Origin: Hyphomicrobiales bacterium
Lineage (GTDB): Bacteria; Pseudomonadota; Alphaproteobacteria; SPJN01
DNA: 64,000 bases
Reading direction: 5' to 3'
Assembly (NCBI GenBank): GCA_006844605.1
Contig: SPJN01000001.1
Span: 74,024-138,023 of the forward strand
The translations under genes were made by a program, and so were the position numbers. Shown here piece by piece: positions 9,121 to 17,047 of this stretch; the stretch's first letter is position 1; each line of letters starts with the position of its first letter. Under the pieces are notes generated by a model that was not told where the DNA came from, searched no databases, and saw only the letters and a program-made list of their open reading frames with translations.

Positions 9121-9669
9121 TTAGAACAACCGATCAAGCAGGCCGCCATCTTTCTTGTCGTCATCATCTTCGCTGTCGTCATCACCCTCGTCTTCGCCAT
9201 CATCATCGTCACCCAGAACGGTGATGGTGATTTGGTCAGAGATGATTGCAGGCTTGTGCGGGATGTGATTGTGATCAGCCAGCAGTAACTGCAATGTGTG
9301 TTCGCCCGGCGCCAGTTCCAGTGTTGTTTGGGTCTGACCGCCGCCAAAATGCACCACATGGTCATCAGCGGGCAGGGCGTCTTTCATGTCGTCCTTACTG
9401 GGCGTGTCGCGATCGATCAACAGGTGATGATGCCCGGTGTTTTTCTTTTCAACACCGGCGGGGGCAACGCCCATGCCTTTCAGGCCGAACAGAACCGTAA
9501 CCGGTCCTTCAATTTCGTCGCCGTCAGCGGGTGAGATGATATAGACCTCAGCCTTGTCAGCCTTGGGCATTTTTTCCTTGTTGCCGCCATGATGGTCGGC
9601 AATGGCTGACGTGGCGATGCCGGCAATCCCGATGGCTGCGGCTGCGATTGACAGTGCGAGTTTGCGCAT
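9121..9669 (-). CDS. secreted His-rich hypothetical protein with polyacidic C-terminal tail
   Basis: Signal peptide MRKLALSIAAAAIGIAGIATSAIA and His clusters (DHHGGN, TGHHHLL, HNHIPH). The C-terminus is DDDDGEDEGDDDSEDDDDKKD. It may be a DUF4399-like periplasmic domain, but I am not certain. Confidence 0.55.
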   Translation of the reverse strand: MRKLALSIAAAAIGIAGIATSAIADHHGGNKEKMPKADKAEVYIISPADGDEIEGPVTVLFGLKGMGVAPAGVEKKNTGHHHLLIDRDTPSKDDMKDALPADDHVVHFGGGQTQTTLELAPGEHTLQLLLADHNHIPHKPAIISDQITITVLGDDDDGEDEGDDDSEDDDDKKDGGLLDRLF

Positions 9670-9751
9670 GGTCCTCTATCCTTCTATTAACCTGAATGGG
9701 AGTGAAGCCTGCCATGACCGCGCAGGCCGCACAAGTAAAAGGGCAAATTGA

Positions 9752-10246
9752 ATGATGGATGACCCATCACAGACAAATGTAGTGCGCGAACGGGACACCA
9801 CGCGCGCTGATGATATTCGGATGGGCGCGCAAATTCTGCTGCGCCAGTTCAATATTATTGCGGCAGCAGAGGTGACGTTGCCTGACGGGCGACGTGCTGA
9901 CCTGTTCGGCATCGACCCGAAGGGGCGCGTGACGATTGTTGAGATTAAATCAGGCGCAGCTGACTTTTTGTCTGATAACAAGTGGACGGACTATAAAGAC
10001 TGGTGCGATGACTTCTATTTCGCGGTCGATCCTGATTTTCCGCAGGACCTGTTGCCTGAAGCTGAAGGGCTGATCATTGCAGATCGCATGGGCGGCGAAA
10101 TCTTGCGCCCCGCAGCCCCTGCTGACCCAATCGCGGCAGCGCGCCGCAAAAAGCTGCTGATCCTGTATGCGCGCAAGGCAGCAGACCGGCTGGCGCGGTT
10201 GGAACGTCTGGTCGGGAAAATTATGTTGGATGACGAAGGCGCATAA
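9752..10246 (+). CDS. MmcB-family DNA repair protein (PD-(D/E)XK nuclease fold)
   Basis: 164 aa with TLPDGRRADLFGIDPKGRVTIVEIKSGAADF (D...EIK motif), resembling Caulobacter MmcB. Confidence 0.6.
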   Translation: MMDDPSQTNVVRERDTTRADDIRMGAQILLRQFNIIAAAEVTLPDGRRADLFGIDPKGRVTIVEIKSGAADFLSDNKWTDYKDWCDDFYFAVDPDFPQDLLPEAEGLIIADRMGGEILRPAAPADPIAAARRKKLLILYARKAADRLARLERLVGKIMLDDEGA

Positions 10247-10264
10247 CGCCGGGCCTAACAACAA

Positions 10265-10300
10265 AAAACCCCCGCCGACCGGCAGGGGTTACTTGTTCTT
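10265..10300. terminator. bidirectional hairpin terminator between convergent genes
   Basis: AAAAAACCCCCGCCGACCGGCAGGGGTTACTTGTTCTTTATT: a GC stem with a one-base bulge, flanked by an A-run and a T-rich tail. Confidence 0.45.
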
Positions 10301-10313
10301 TATTGCGTTTGGT

Positions 10314-10874
10314 TTAACGCGGTGACCGTTTGGCCAAAATCCGCTGCAAGGTACGACGATGCATGTTCAGACGACGTGCTGTTTCAGAAACATTGCGACC
10401 GCAAAGTTCATACACGCGTTGAATATGTTCCCACCGTACCCGGTCAGCTGACATGGGGTTTTCCGGCGGTTCGGGCAATTCATCACCCGTTACCATCAAG
10501 GCGGCTTCCACATCATCGGCATCTGCAGGCTTGGCAAGGTAATCAACCGCGCCGGCCTTCACCGCAGCAACTGCTGTTGGGATATTACCGTAACCTGTCA
10601 GCATGATGATGCGGGCATCATCGCGTGATTCGTGAAGCGCCCGGACAACATCAAGGCCGTTGCCATCTTCAAGGCGCAGGTCAACCACACCATAGGCGGT
10701 GGGTGTTTCCTTAATGATGGCCAAAGCTTCCTGAACACCTTCAGCCAGCTTTACATCAAATTGACGCTTTTCCATGGCGCGGCCAAGCCGTTCTCGCCAA
10801 GGCTTGTCATCATCGCAGATCAGCAATGTGCGATCGCCTTCAAATACTTCCGGCTCGTCATCAAGTTCGCTCAT
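10314..10874 (-). CDS. regA: redox-responsive two-component response regulator, RegA/ActR/PrrA family
   Basis: REC domain (LLICDDD...D...K) plus a C-terminal Fis-type HTH (ETARRLNMHRRTLQRILAKR), about 186 aa as in RegA/ActR. Confidence 0.85.
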   Translation of the reverse strand: MSELDDEPEVFEGDRTLLICDDDKPWRERLGRAMEKRQFDVKLAEGVQEALAIIKETPTAYGVVDLRLEDGNGLDVVRALHESRDDARIIMLTGYGNIPTAVAAVKAGAVDYLAKPADADDVEAALMVTGDELPEPPENPMSADRVRWEHIQRVYELCGRNVSETARRLNMHRRTLQRILAKRSPR

Positions 10875-10998
10875 CCCAGCGTCCTTTCCTTTTATTATGT
10901 CAGCCCCATGAGGTGATGAGTCGTGAATGACTCGAATTTCGTAGGGTCATACTACAAGTTTTGGCCCCATTGCCAATATTCTAAACGAAGTTTTGTTC

Positions 10999-12498
10999 CT
11001 AATCTTGTGCCGAACTGGTTTCTACCGTGTCATTGGGGCGCTGCGCCTCCAATAACTGGCGCGGCCAACTGGCGGCGACAACCGCGCCTTCATTCGCGCC
11101 ATTGGCAAAGCTGACCTCAGCCCCTGTGCGTTCCAGCAATGATTTGGCAATAAATACGCCCAAACCCATCCCCTGATGGCCGTCTTCGCCGGGGTTTTGT
11201 CCGCGCTTTTCAAAGTTTTCCTTGCGCCGGGTAGACACGTAAGGTTCGCCGATCTTGTCCAAAATATCAGGGGCAAAGCCGGGGCCGTCATCATTGATGC
11301 GCACTGTGATCTTCTGATCTGACCAGCTTAACAAAATCTCAACCCGGCTTTTGGCAAAGTCCACGGCGTTTTCGACAAAGTTGCCAAGCCCGTGAATTAT
11401 CTCAGGATGGCGGATGATATAGGGTTGTTCTTCTGACCCACGATCGGTAATGGCGGCCAATCCGCGCCGTTTGCCGCGATGGCCCAGCACCTTAACCTCA
11501 ACCACTTTGCCGCTTGTTTTATAGGGGGCGACCGCTTCATCCACGACGCCTTCAAACGCAGCGCGGGCAAAATGGATGTCTTCCTTGTCTGGCCGGTTCG
11601 AGAAATTGTTTAATATTTCCCGGCAGCGGGCCGCTTCTTCGGCAAGAATATCAAGATCATCTTGATATTCGGATTCTTCCAAATCGTGTGACAGCTCCCG
11701 CGCGATCAGGGTGATTGTGCCCAGCGGTGTGCCAAGCTCATGGGCGGCGGCGGCAGCCAAGCCACCAAGGGCAGACAGGCGTTGCTCCTTGGACAGGGCC
11801 AATTGTGTGGCGGCCAGCGCGTTGCGCATCTTGCGCGACTCCTCTGAAATTCGCCACGCATAAATGCCGATGAACAAACACCCAACAATGATCGCACCCC
11901 ACTGGGCGAATTGATAAAGGTCAGGCAGGGCAGGGCGGATCAACTCATCATGCCAGGGTAATGGTTGGTGATAGGCGGTCAGGAAGCTGACCATAATCAC
12001 CGTTAGGGACCCCAGCACCAATGTATTGGCGCGCCCCAAAATGGTGGCAGAAATGGTGACGGGGACCAAAAACAGCAGCATGAACGGATTTTCACTGCCC
12101 CCGGTTAAATAAAACAGGCCCGCCAACTGAATCGTGTCATAGGCAAGGAACAGCCCGGCCTGTCGTTCGGACAATCGCTTGGTTGCCGGATGCCGGACGG
12201 TGACGATGATGTTCAGCCACGCTGATACAGCGATAATGCCAAGGCACCACCAGATCGGCAGATCATAGCCCAGCCCAAAGTGAACCGCCGTAACCGTCAG
12301 GAATTGACCGATGATCGCAAACCACCGGATCACCACCAGCGTGCGCGACCTGATGCGCCCCTCGCGCTGTTTGGATATTGCCTTCGCAGCCAATCCGGCG
12401 GTGTGATCCGCAACGTGATTGCCCGCAATATTGGCGCTTATATTCGTACTTTGGTTCATCTGCCCTTTTGGGTCTTGCGGACCCTGCCACCTAGTCAT
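10999..12498 (-). CDS. regB: sensor histidine kinase RegB/ActS/PrrB family
   Basis: An N-terminal 6-TM domain, H-box AHELGTPL, and HATPase N/G boxes (NAVDF, DDGPGF, GMGLG). Confidence 0.8.
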   Translation of the reverse strand: MTRWQGPQDPKGQMNQSTNISANIAGNHVADHTAGLAAKAISKQREGRIRSRTLVVIRWFAIIGQFLTVTAVHFGLGYDLPIWWCLGIIAVSAWLNIIVTVRHPATKRLSERQAGLFLAYDTIQLAGLFYLTGGSENPFMLLFLVPVTISATILGRANTLVLGSLTVIMVSFLTAYHQPLPWHDELIRPALPDLYQFAQWGAIIVGCLFIGIYAWRISEESRKMRNALAATQLALSKEQRLSALGGLAAAAAHELGTPLGTITLIARELSHDLEESEYQDDLDILAEEAARCREILNNFSNRPDKEDIHFARAAFEGVVDEAVAPYKTSGKVVEVKVLGHRGKRRGLAAITDRGSEEQPYIIRHPEIIHGLGNFVENAVDFAKSRVEILLSWSDQKITVRINDDGPGFAPDILDKIGEPYVSTRRKENFEKRGQNPGEDGHQGMGLGVFIAKSLLERTGAEVSFANGANEGAVVAASWPRQLLEAQRPNDTVETSSAQD

Positions 12499-12501
12499 TC
12501 A

Positions 12502-12537
12502 GCCTGCACAGAAGTGTTGCCAACAGCCTGTGCAGGC
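12502..12537. promoter_or_regulatory. perfect 10-bp inverted repeat GCCTGCACAG-N16-CTGTGCAGGC immediately upstream of regB start
   Basis: Seen directly, 4 nt upstream of the regB ATG (minus strand). It could be an operator or a leader hairpin. Confidence 0.3.
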
Positions 12538-12668
12538 CATTAGACACAAGCCTATAGCGTATCGCGTCAAACTGACGCAATATAAAAACACCAAGCTGAT
12601 GGGAATTTTTATGGAAAAATAAGGCGTTGTGCCATTTTTACACAATGTAAAGGTTTTGTGTGGTGGGT

Positions 12669-13700
12669 TTACAGGTTTTGGCCTGCGGCGGCGGGGTGCA
12701 ATGGGCGTGTTTCACCGATTTTCATGACCCATAAATCATCATCGGCATAACCCTGGTCACGGCCCGACTTGATGAAACGCTCAGGCGGTTCAAACGGCGG
12801 TTCCGCAGTCAGAATCACAGTGCCCCAATGCATGCCGACAAGGCGGCGGGCACCCATATCAACGCCCATCCGTACTGCTTCTTCGGGTGTCGCGTGGGAG
12901 GCATGCATAATCTCGCGCGGGGCATAGGCACCGATGCCCAGCAATGCGGTATCAAACGGGCCGAAACGGGCACCGATTTCTTCAAACACCGGGCCATAGG
13001 CCGAATCGCCACCGAAAAACAGGCTTTGCTTTTCGCTTTCCATCTTGAACCCGGCCCACAGGGTGCGGTTGCGGTCATAGCCGCGCCGGTTCGACCAATG
13101 AACCACTGGCAACGCTGTGACGGTCACGCCCTGATGGGTGTGGGATTGTTCCCAATCAAGCTCAATAATCTTGGTATAGCCGCGCTCGCGAAACCATTTG
13201 CCCAATTTCAATGGTACGATGACCGTTGTGTGGGCCTTGTGGGGTAGTCGTCGAATGGTGGCGTCATCCAGATGGTCATAATGATTGTGCGAGACAATCA
13301 GCAAATCAATCACAGGCAGGTCACGCACCGGAATGCCGCTTTTGACATAACGCTTGGGGCCAAAGCCTGACGGACCGGCATAGGTGGACAAATAGGGGTC
13401 GGTCAGAATGTTCAAACCGTTCATCTTGATCAGAAACGCAGCATGGCCCAACCAGCACAGCAGATCGTCCCCTGTAGTTTGATCGAGCCTGTCCCATGTT
13501 GCCTTGGCCACTTCGCGCGGCAGCACATGGCCTTCGGGCACATCAACACCGGCGCGCTGCATCTTTGCCATTTCGCGGGAAAAGCGCAGAACAGTGCGGG
13601 CACGTGGGTTCCGCTTGGGGGAGCCTTTGGGATTGCGAAACTTCCCGTCGGGCAAATGATGCCAAGGCCGTTCGGGCTGGTCGTCGGATTGGTCTGCCAT
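12669..13700 (-). CDS. MBL-fold metallo-hydrolase (NAPE-PLD-like)
   Basis: HNHYDHLDD Zn-binding motif and a downstream GMHWGTV, about 340 aa. Confidence 0.7.
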   Translation of the reverse strand: MADQSDDQPERPWHHLPDGKFRNPKGSPKRNPRARTVLRFSREMAKMQRAGVDVPEGHVLPREVAKATWDRLDQTTGDDLLCWLGHAAFLIKMNGLNILTDPYLSTYAGPSGFGPKRYVKSGIPVRDLPVIDLLIVSHNHYDHLDDATIRRLPHKAHTTVIVPLKLGKWFRERGYTKIIELDWEQSHTHQGVTVTALPVVHWSNRRGYDRNRTLWAGFKMESEKQSLFFGGDSAYGPVFEEIGARFGPFDTALLGIGAYAPREIMHASHATPEEAVRMGVDMGARRLVGMHWGTVILTAEPPFEPPERFIKSGRDQGYADDDLWVMKIGETRPLHPAAAGQNL

Positions 13701-13714
13701 GAAAGGGTCTGTGC

Positions 13715-14281
13715 CTAATAGGTCGCGTTACGGGATTCAAGGAACCGCATGATGCCGCGTTGGCGCGATTCTTCGGCATGGGCAAGGGCGCTGCGGCCCG
13801 TATAATCGGTGTGATTAAGGTCGGCACCGGCATCCGCCAGCGTGCGGACAATGCGCAAATGTCCCTTGCGGACAGCCTTGATCATGGCGGTTTCACCGCG
13901 ATCATCTTCCTGATTGAAGTCGGCGCCCGCATCGATCAGTTGCTCGACAATATCAATATTGCCTTCATCGGCTGCGGCGATCATTGCCGTTTCACCGGTT
14001 TCTTTTGTGGTGGCATTCACATTGGCCCGATTTTGCAGCAGAAAATCGATCAGATAATAGCGGTTATGCTGCGCGGCCAGAACAATGGCAGGCACGCCAT
14101 CACCATCCCGTTGATTGACGGATGAGCCGTTCAAAACCTCATGTCTGGCAATGGCGAGATTGTTATCCAAAATCGCATCAATCAATTTGCTGCCGGGCAA
14201 GCCTTGCGCGGTTGCCGGGCCTACTTGCGCAAGCAGACCAAGCGCCAATACGGCAATTGCCCCGGAGATGCGGCTGATCAT
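13715..14281 (-). CDS. secreted ankyrin-repeat protein
   Basis: At least four ANK repeats (GxTAL/MIxAAxxGHxxIVxxLLxxGAD). Signal peptide MISRISGAIAVLALGLLAQVGPATAQG. The ORF could extend to 14320. Confidence 0.75.
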   Translation of the reverse strand: MISRISGAIAVLALGLLAQVGPATAQGLPGSKLIDAILDNNLAIARHEVLNGSSVNQRDGDGVPAIVLAAQHNRYYLIDFLLQNRANVNATTKETGETAMIAAADEGNIDIVEQLIDAGADFNQEDDRGETAMIKAVRKGHLRIVRTLADAGADLNHTDYTGRSALAHAEESRQRGIMRFLESRNATY

Positions 14282-14495
14282 AGTGTGTCGAATGTGCCAA
14301 AACTGCATGGTTATTCTCATCTAGCCAACGCCCGGATCGAAAGTCGATGGGCGGTTTATCATGTGTCTATAGCAAAGCTACGCCAGGTTTGCCAATGATC
14401 CCGGTTCCTATGTCGAATGTACCAAAAGGCCGCCTTTTCCCGCAATTGCCCGCGCGCTAGACTAATGGCGACTCAAATTCAATCGGGAGAAATCC

Positions 14496-15089
14496 ATGCG
14501 CCGCCTGTTGCTTATTCTGGCTGTTATTCTTGTTGCCCTTTTGGGCCTTTATGTGGCGACAATGCCGTCAAAGACGTCTGATAGCGCAAAAGGGGACGTG
14601 GGTGTATTGATTGGCGGTGATTTTTCATTGGTTAACCATCAGGGCCAACCGGTGCGCGCAGCTGATTATCAGGGCAAGCTGCTGCTGATCTATTTCGGGT
14701 TCACCTATTGCCCCGATGTGTGCCCGACGGAATTGCAAAAAATCTCTGCCGTATTGGATCAATTATCTGACAGGCAGCGCGCCGGGATCGTGCCATTGTT
14801 TGTTACGGTTGATCCAGAACGCGACACGGTTGAGCAGATGGCATTGTATCTCAGCAATTTTCACCCTGCTATTGTCGGTCTGACCGGCAGTGTTGCGCAG
14901 GTGAAGGAAGCGGCCAGCATGTACAAAATCTATATGCAGAAGGTTGAGGATGAAACGTCATCGGCCAGCTATACGATGGATCATTCAAATCTGGTCTATT
15001 TGATGGATGGCGATAATCATTACCTGAAGCATTTCACGGGCCGGGCGACAGTGACCGATATGCTTAAAGCCATAAAGGCTGCCTTGTGA
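14496..15089 (+). CDS. senC: SCO1/SenC family copper chaperone (thioredoxin fold)
   Basis: FGFTYCPDVCPTEL CxxxC motif, a conserved His (MDHS), an N-terminal TM anchor, 197 aa. Confidence 0.85.
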   Translation: MRRLLLILAVILVALLGLYVATMPSKTSDSAKGDVGVLIGGDFSLVNHQGQPVRAADYQGKLLLIYFGFTYCPDVCPTELQKISAVLDQLSDRQRAGIVPLFVTVDPERDTVEQMALYLSNFHPAIVGLTGSVAQVKEAASMYKIYMQKVEDETSSASYTMDHSNLVYLMDGDNHYLKHFTGRATVTDMLKAIKAAL

Positions 15090-15784
15090 GTGCGCTGACA
15101 AGGCGTCTTGATGGGGCGCTGATTCTAAAACCGACAAAGCGCGCCAAAAACCTGTCTATCAGAATTGATGCGGCGCAGCGCAAGGCGGTGATTATTGTAC
15201 CGCCCCGCGTGTCGGAACGTGCAGCCCGCAATTTTGCCAAAAAACATGCGGACTGGATTGCCGATCACCTTGATGCCTTGCCCCCGCGCGTCCCCTTTGC
15301 GCCGGGGCAGGTCATTCCTCTACGTGGCGACCCTTGTTTGTTGGTGCATCAGGCTGACCAGATGCGCTATCCCACCAAGCTGGAGGGGCAAAGCATTGTC
15401 ACGGGCGGTGATATTGACGCCTTTCCCGGGCGCATTGACCGTTATTTGCGGGCCGAAGCGCGCGCCGATATTGTGCCGCTGGTGCAGAAATTCGGCGAGG
15501 TGATGGGCTGCAAGCCGGGGCGCGTGTCGATCAAGGACACGAAATCCCGTTGGGGCAGTTGCACGCCGGGTCGTGACCTTTCATTCAGTTGGCGTTTAAT
15601 TCTCGCCCCGCCGCCTGTTCTGCGCTATGTGGTGGCCCATGAAGCTGCACATATGAAGCAGCTCAACCACTCGCCCCACTTTTGGGCAGAGGTTGACGCG
15701 CTGATGCCCGATTATGGGGCAGCGAAACAATGGCTCACCGACCGTGGCATGAGCCTTCATGCCTATGGCCGCGAGACAAAATAA
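15086..15784 (+). CDS. YgjP/DUF45-like (M48/WLM family) zinc metallo-hydrolase
   Basis: The HEAAHMKQLNHSPHFW HExxH motif lies near the C-terminus. The GTG start overlaps the senC stop (GTGA). Confidence 0.65.
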   Translation: MSALTRRLDGALILKPTKRAKNLSIRIDAAQRKAVIIVPPRVSERAARNFAKKHADWIADHLDALPPRVPFAPGQVIPLRGDPCLLVHQADQMRYPTKLEGQSIVTGGDIDAFPGRIDRYLRAEARADIVPLVQKFGEVMGCKPGRVSIKDTKSRWGSCTPGRDLSFSWRLILAPPPVLRYVVAHEAAHMKQLNHSPHFWAEVDALMPDYGAAKQWLTDRGMSLHAYGRETK

Positions 15785-15816
15785 GCCCGCACAAAACGGG
15801 CAATTGGGGACTAATT

Positions 15817-17022
15817 GTGAAAAAGCTGCCGGTCGATGGCCGTCTATATCCGTTCGCGCTTGCCGCCCTGATGTCATTGGGGCCGTTTGGCATCGATATG
15901 TATTTGCCGTCTTTGCCGGCGATGGCTGTCGATTTTAATTCTGATGCGGCGGGCCTGCAAATTTCACTGTCGTTGTTTATGGTGTGCTTTGGCGCGGGCC
16001 AGATTGTAACCGGGCCGCTTGCTGATCGTTATGGCCGCAAGATCGTTGCGATGGGCGGATTGGTTCTGTTCTGTGCGACAAGTTTTTTGGTGGCGCAGGC
16101 AACATCGCTTGAAACGCTTTATATCGCCCGTATGTTGCAGGGGCTTGCTGCATCATGTGGGCCGATTGCCAGTCGTGCCTTTGTGCGTGACAATTTTGAT
16201 GGCAGTCGGGCTGCGGCCATGTTCGGTTACCTTGGGGCCATCATGGCCATTGTGCCGATGCTTGCGCCCATCTTGGGCGGTCTTATGCAGGAATGGTGGG
16301 GCTGGCAGGCGACGTTCTGGTTCATGGGTGGGGCGGCCTTGTTGATTGCGATGGTCTATCTGTTGTTTGTTGAAGAAAGCCTGACAGCGGAAAACATGCA
16401 GCCCATTCGCCCCCTTGTCGTGTTGCGCAATTTTGGCGAGCTGCTGACAAATCGTTACTTCCTGAACAATGTACTTGTTGTCAGCCTGATGTTCGGCGGT
16501 CTGATGGCCTTTATCAATGGGTCAAGTTTCGTCATGCAGGATGTGTATGGCCTTAGCCCATTTGTCTATTCGCTGGTCTTTGGATTGAATGTTGTCGGGT
16601 TCATGACCGGGACGATCATGACCTCGCGCCTGTCAACCAGCTGGGGGTCGGAACGGTTGGTGCGCATCGGTATGACCAGCCTGTTTATCAGTGCCTTTGT
16701 GCAGATGATCCCGGTATTGTTGGATATGCAGTCGGTGCCCACGCTTGTTGTGGCGCAGTTCTTTGGGTCTGCCGGGTTTGGCCTGTGTAATGCACAGTTT
16801 TCAGCGCGCATCTTGCAACCTTTTCCGCGCATGGCGGGGACCGCTGCGGCCCTGTCGGGGACATTGCAATTGGGTGTGGCGGGGGCGATTTCCGCTATTC
16901 CGGGGTTCTTGTTTGATGGCACCGGGCACCCCTTTGCCTATGTGGTGGCAGGGTCCAGCATTGCAGGGGTGTTGATCTGGTACTTCACATTGCGTGGCCG
17001 CGCCGCGCCTGATGTGGGCTAA
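15817..17022 (+). CDS. MFS transporter, Bcr/CflA drug-resistance subfamily
   Basis: 12 TM segments, with GPFGIDMYLPSLPAMA and DRYGRK (MFS motif A). The GTG at 15817 avoids overlap with the upstream gene. Confidence 0.75.
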   Translation: MKKLPVDGRLYPFALAALMSLGPFGIDMYLPSLPAMAVDFNSDAAGLQISLSLFMVCFGAGQIVTGPLADRYGRKIVAMGGLVLFCATSFLVAQATSLETLYIARMLQGLAASCGPIASRAFVRDNFDGSRAAAMFGYLGAIMAIVPMLAPILGGLMQEWWGWQATFWFMGGAALLIAMVYLLFVEESLTAENMQPIRPLVVLRNFGELLTNRYFLNNVLVVSLMFGGLMAFINGSSFVMQDVYGLSPFVYSLVFGLNVVGFMTGTIMTSRLSTSWGSERLVRIGMTSLFISAFVQMIPVLLDMQSVPTLVVAQFFGSAGFGLCNAQFSARILQPFPRMAGTAAALSGTLQLGVAGAISAIPGFLFDGTGHPFAYVVAGSSIAGVLIWYFTLRGRAAPDVG

Positions 17023-17047
17023 CGTTCAAGAACCGCGCGACCGGGCC

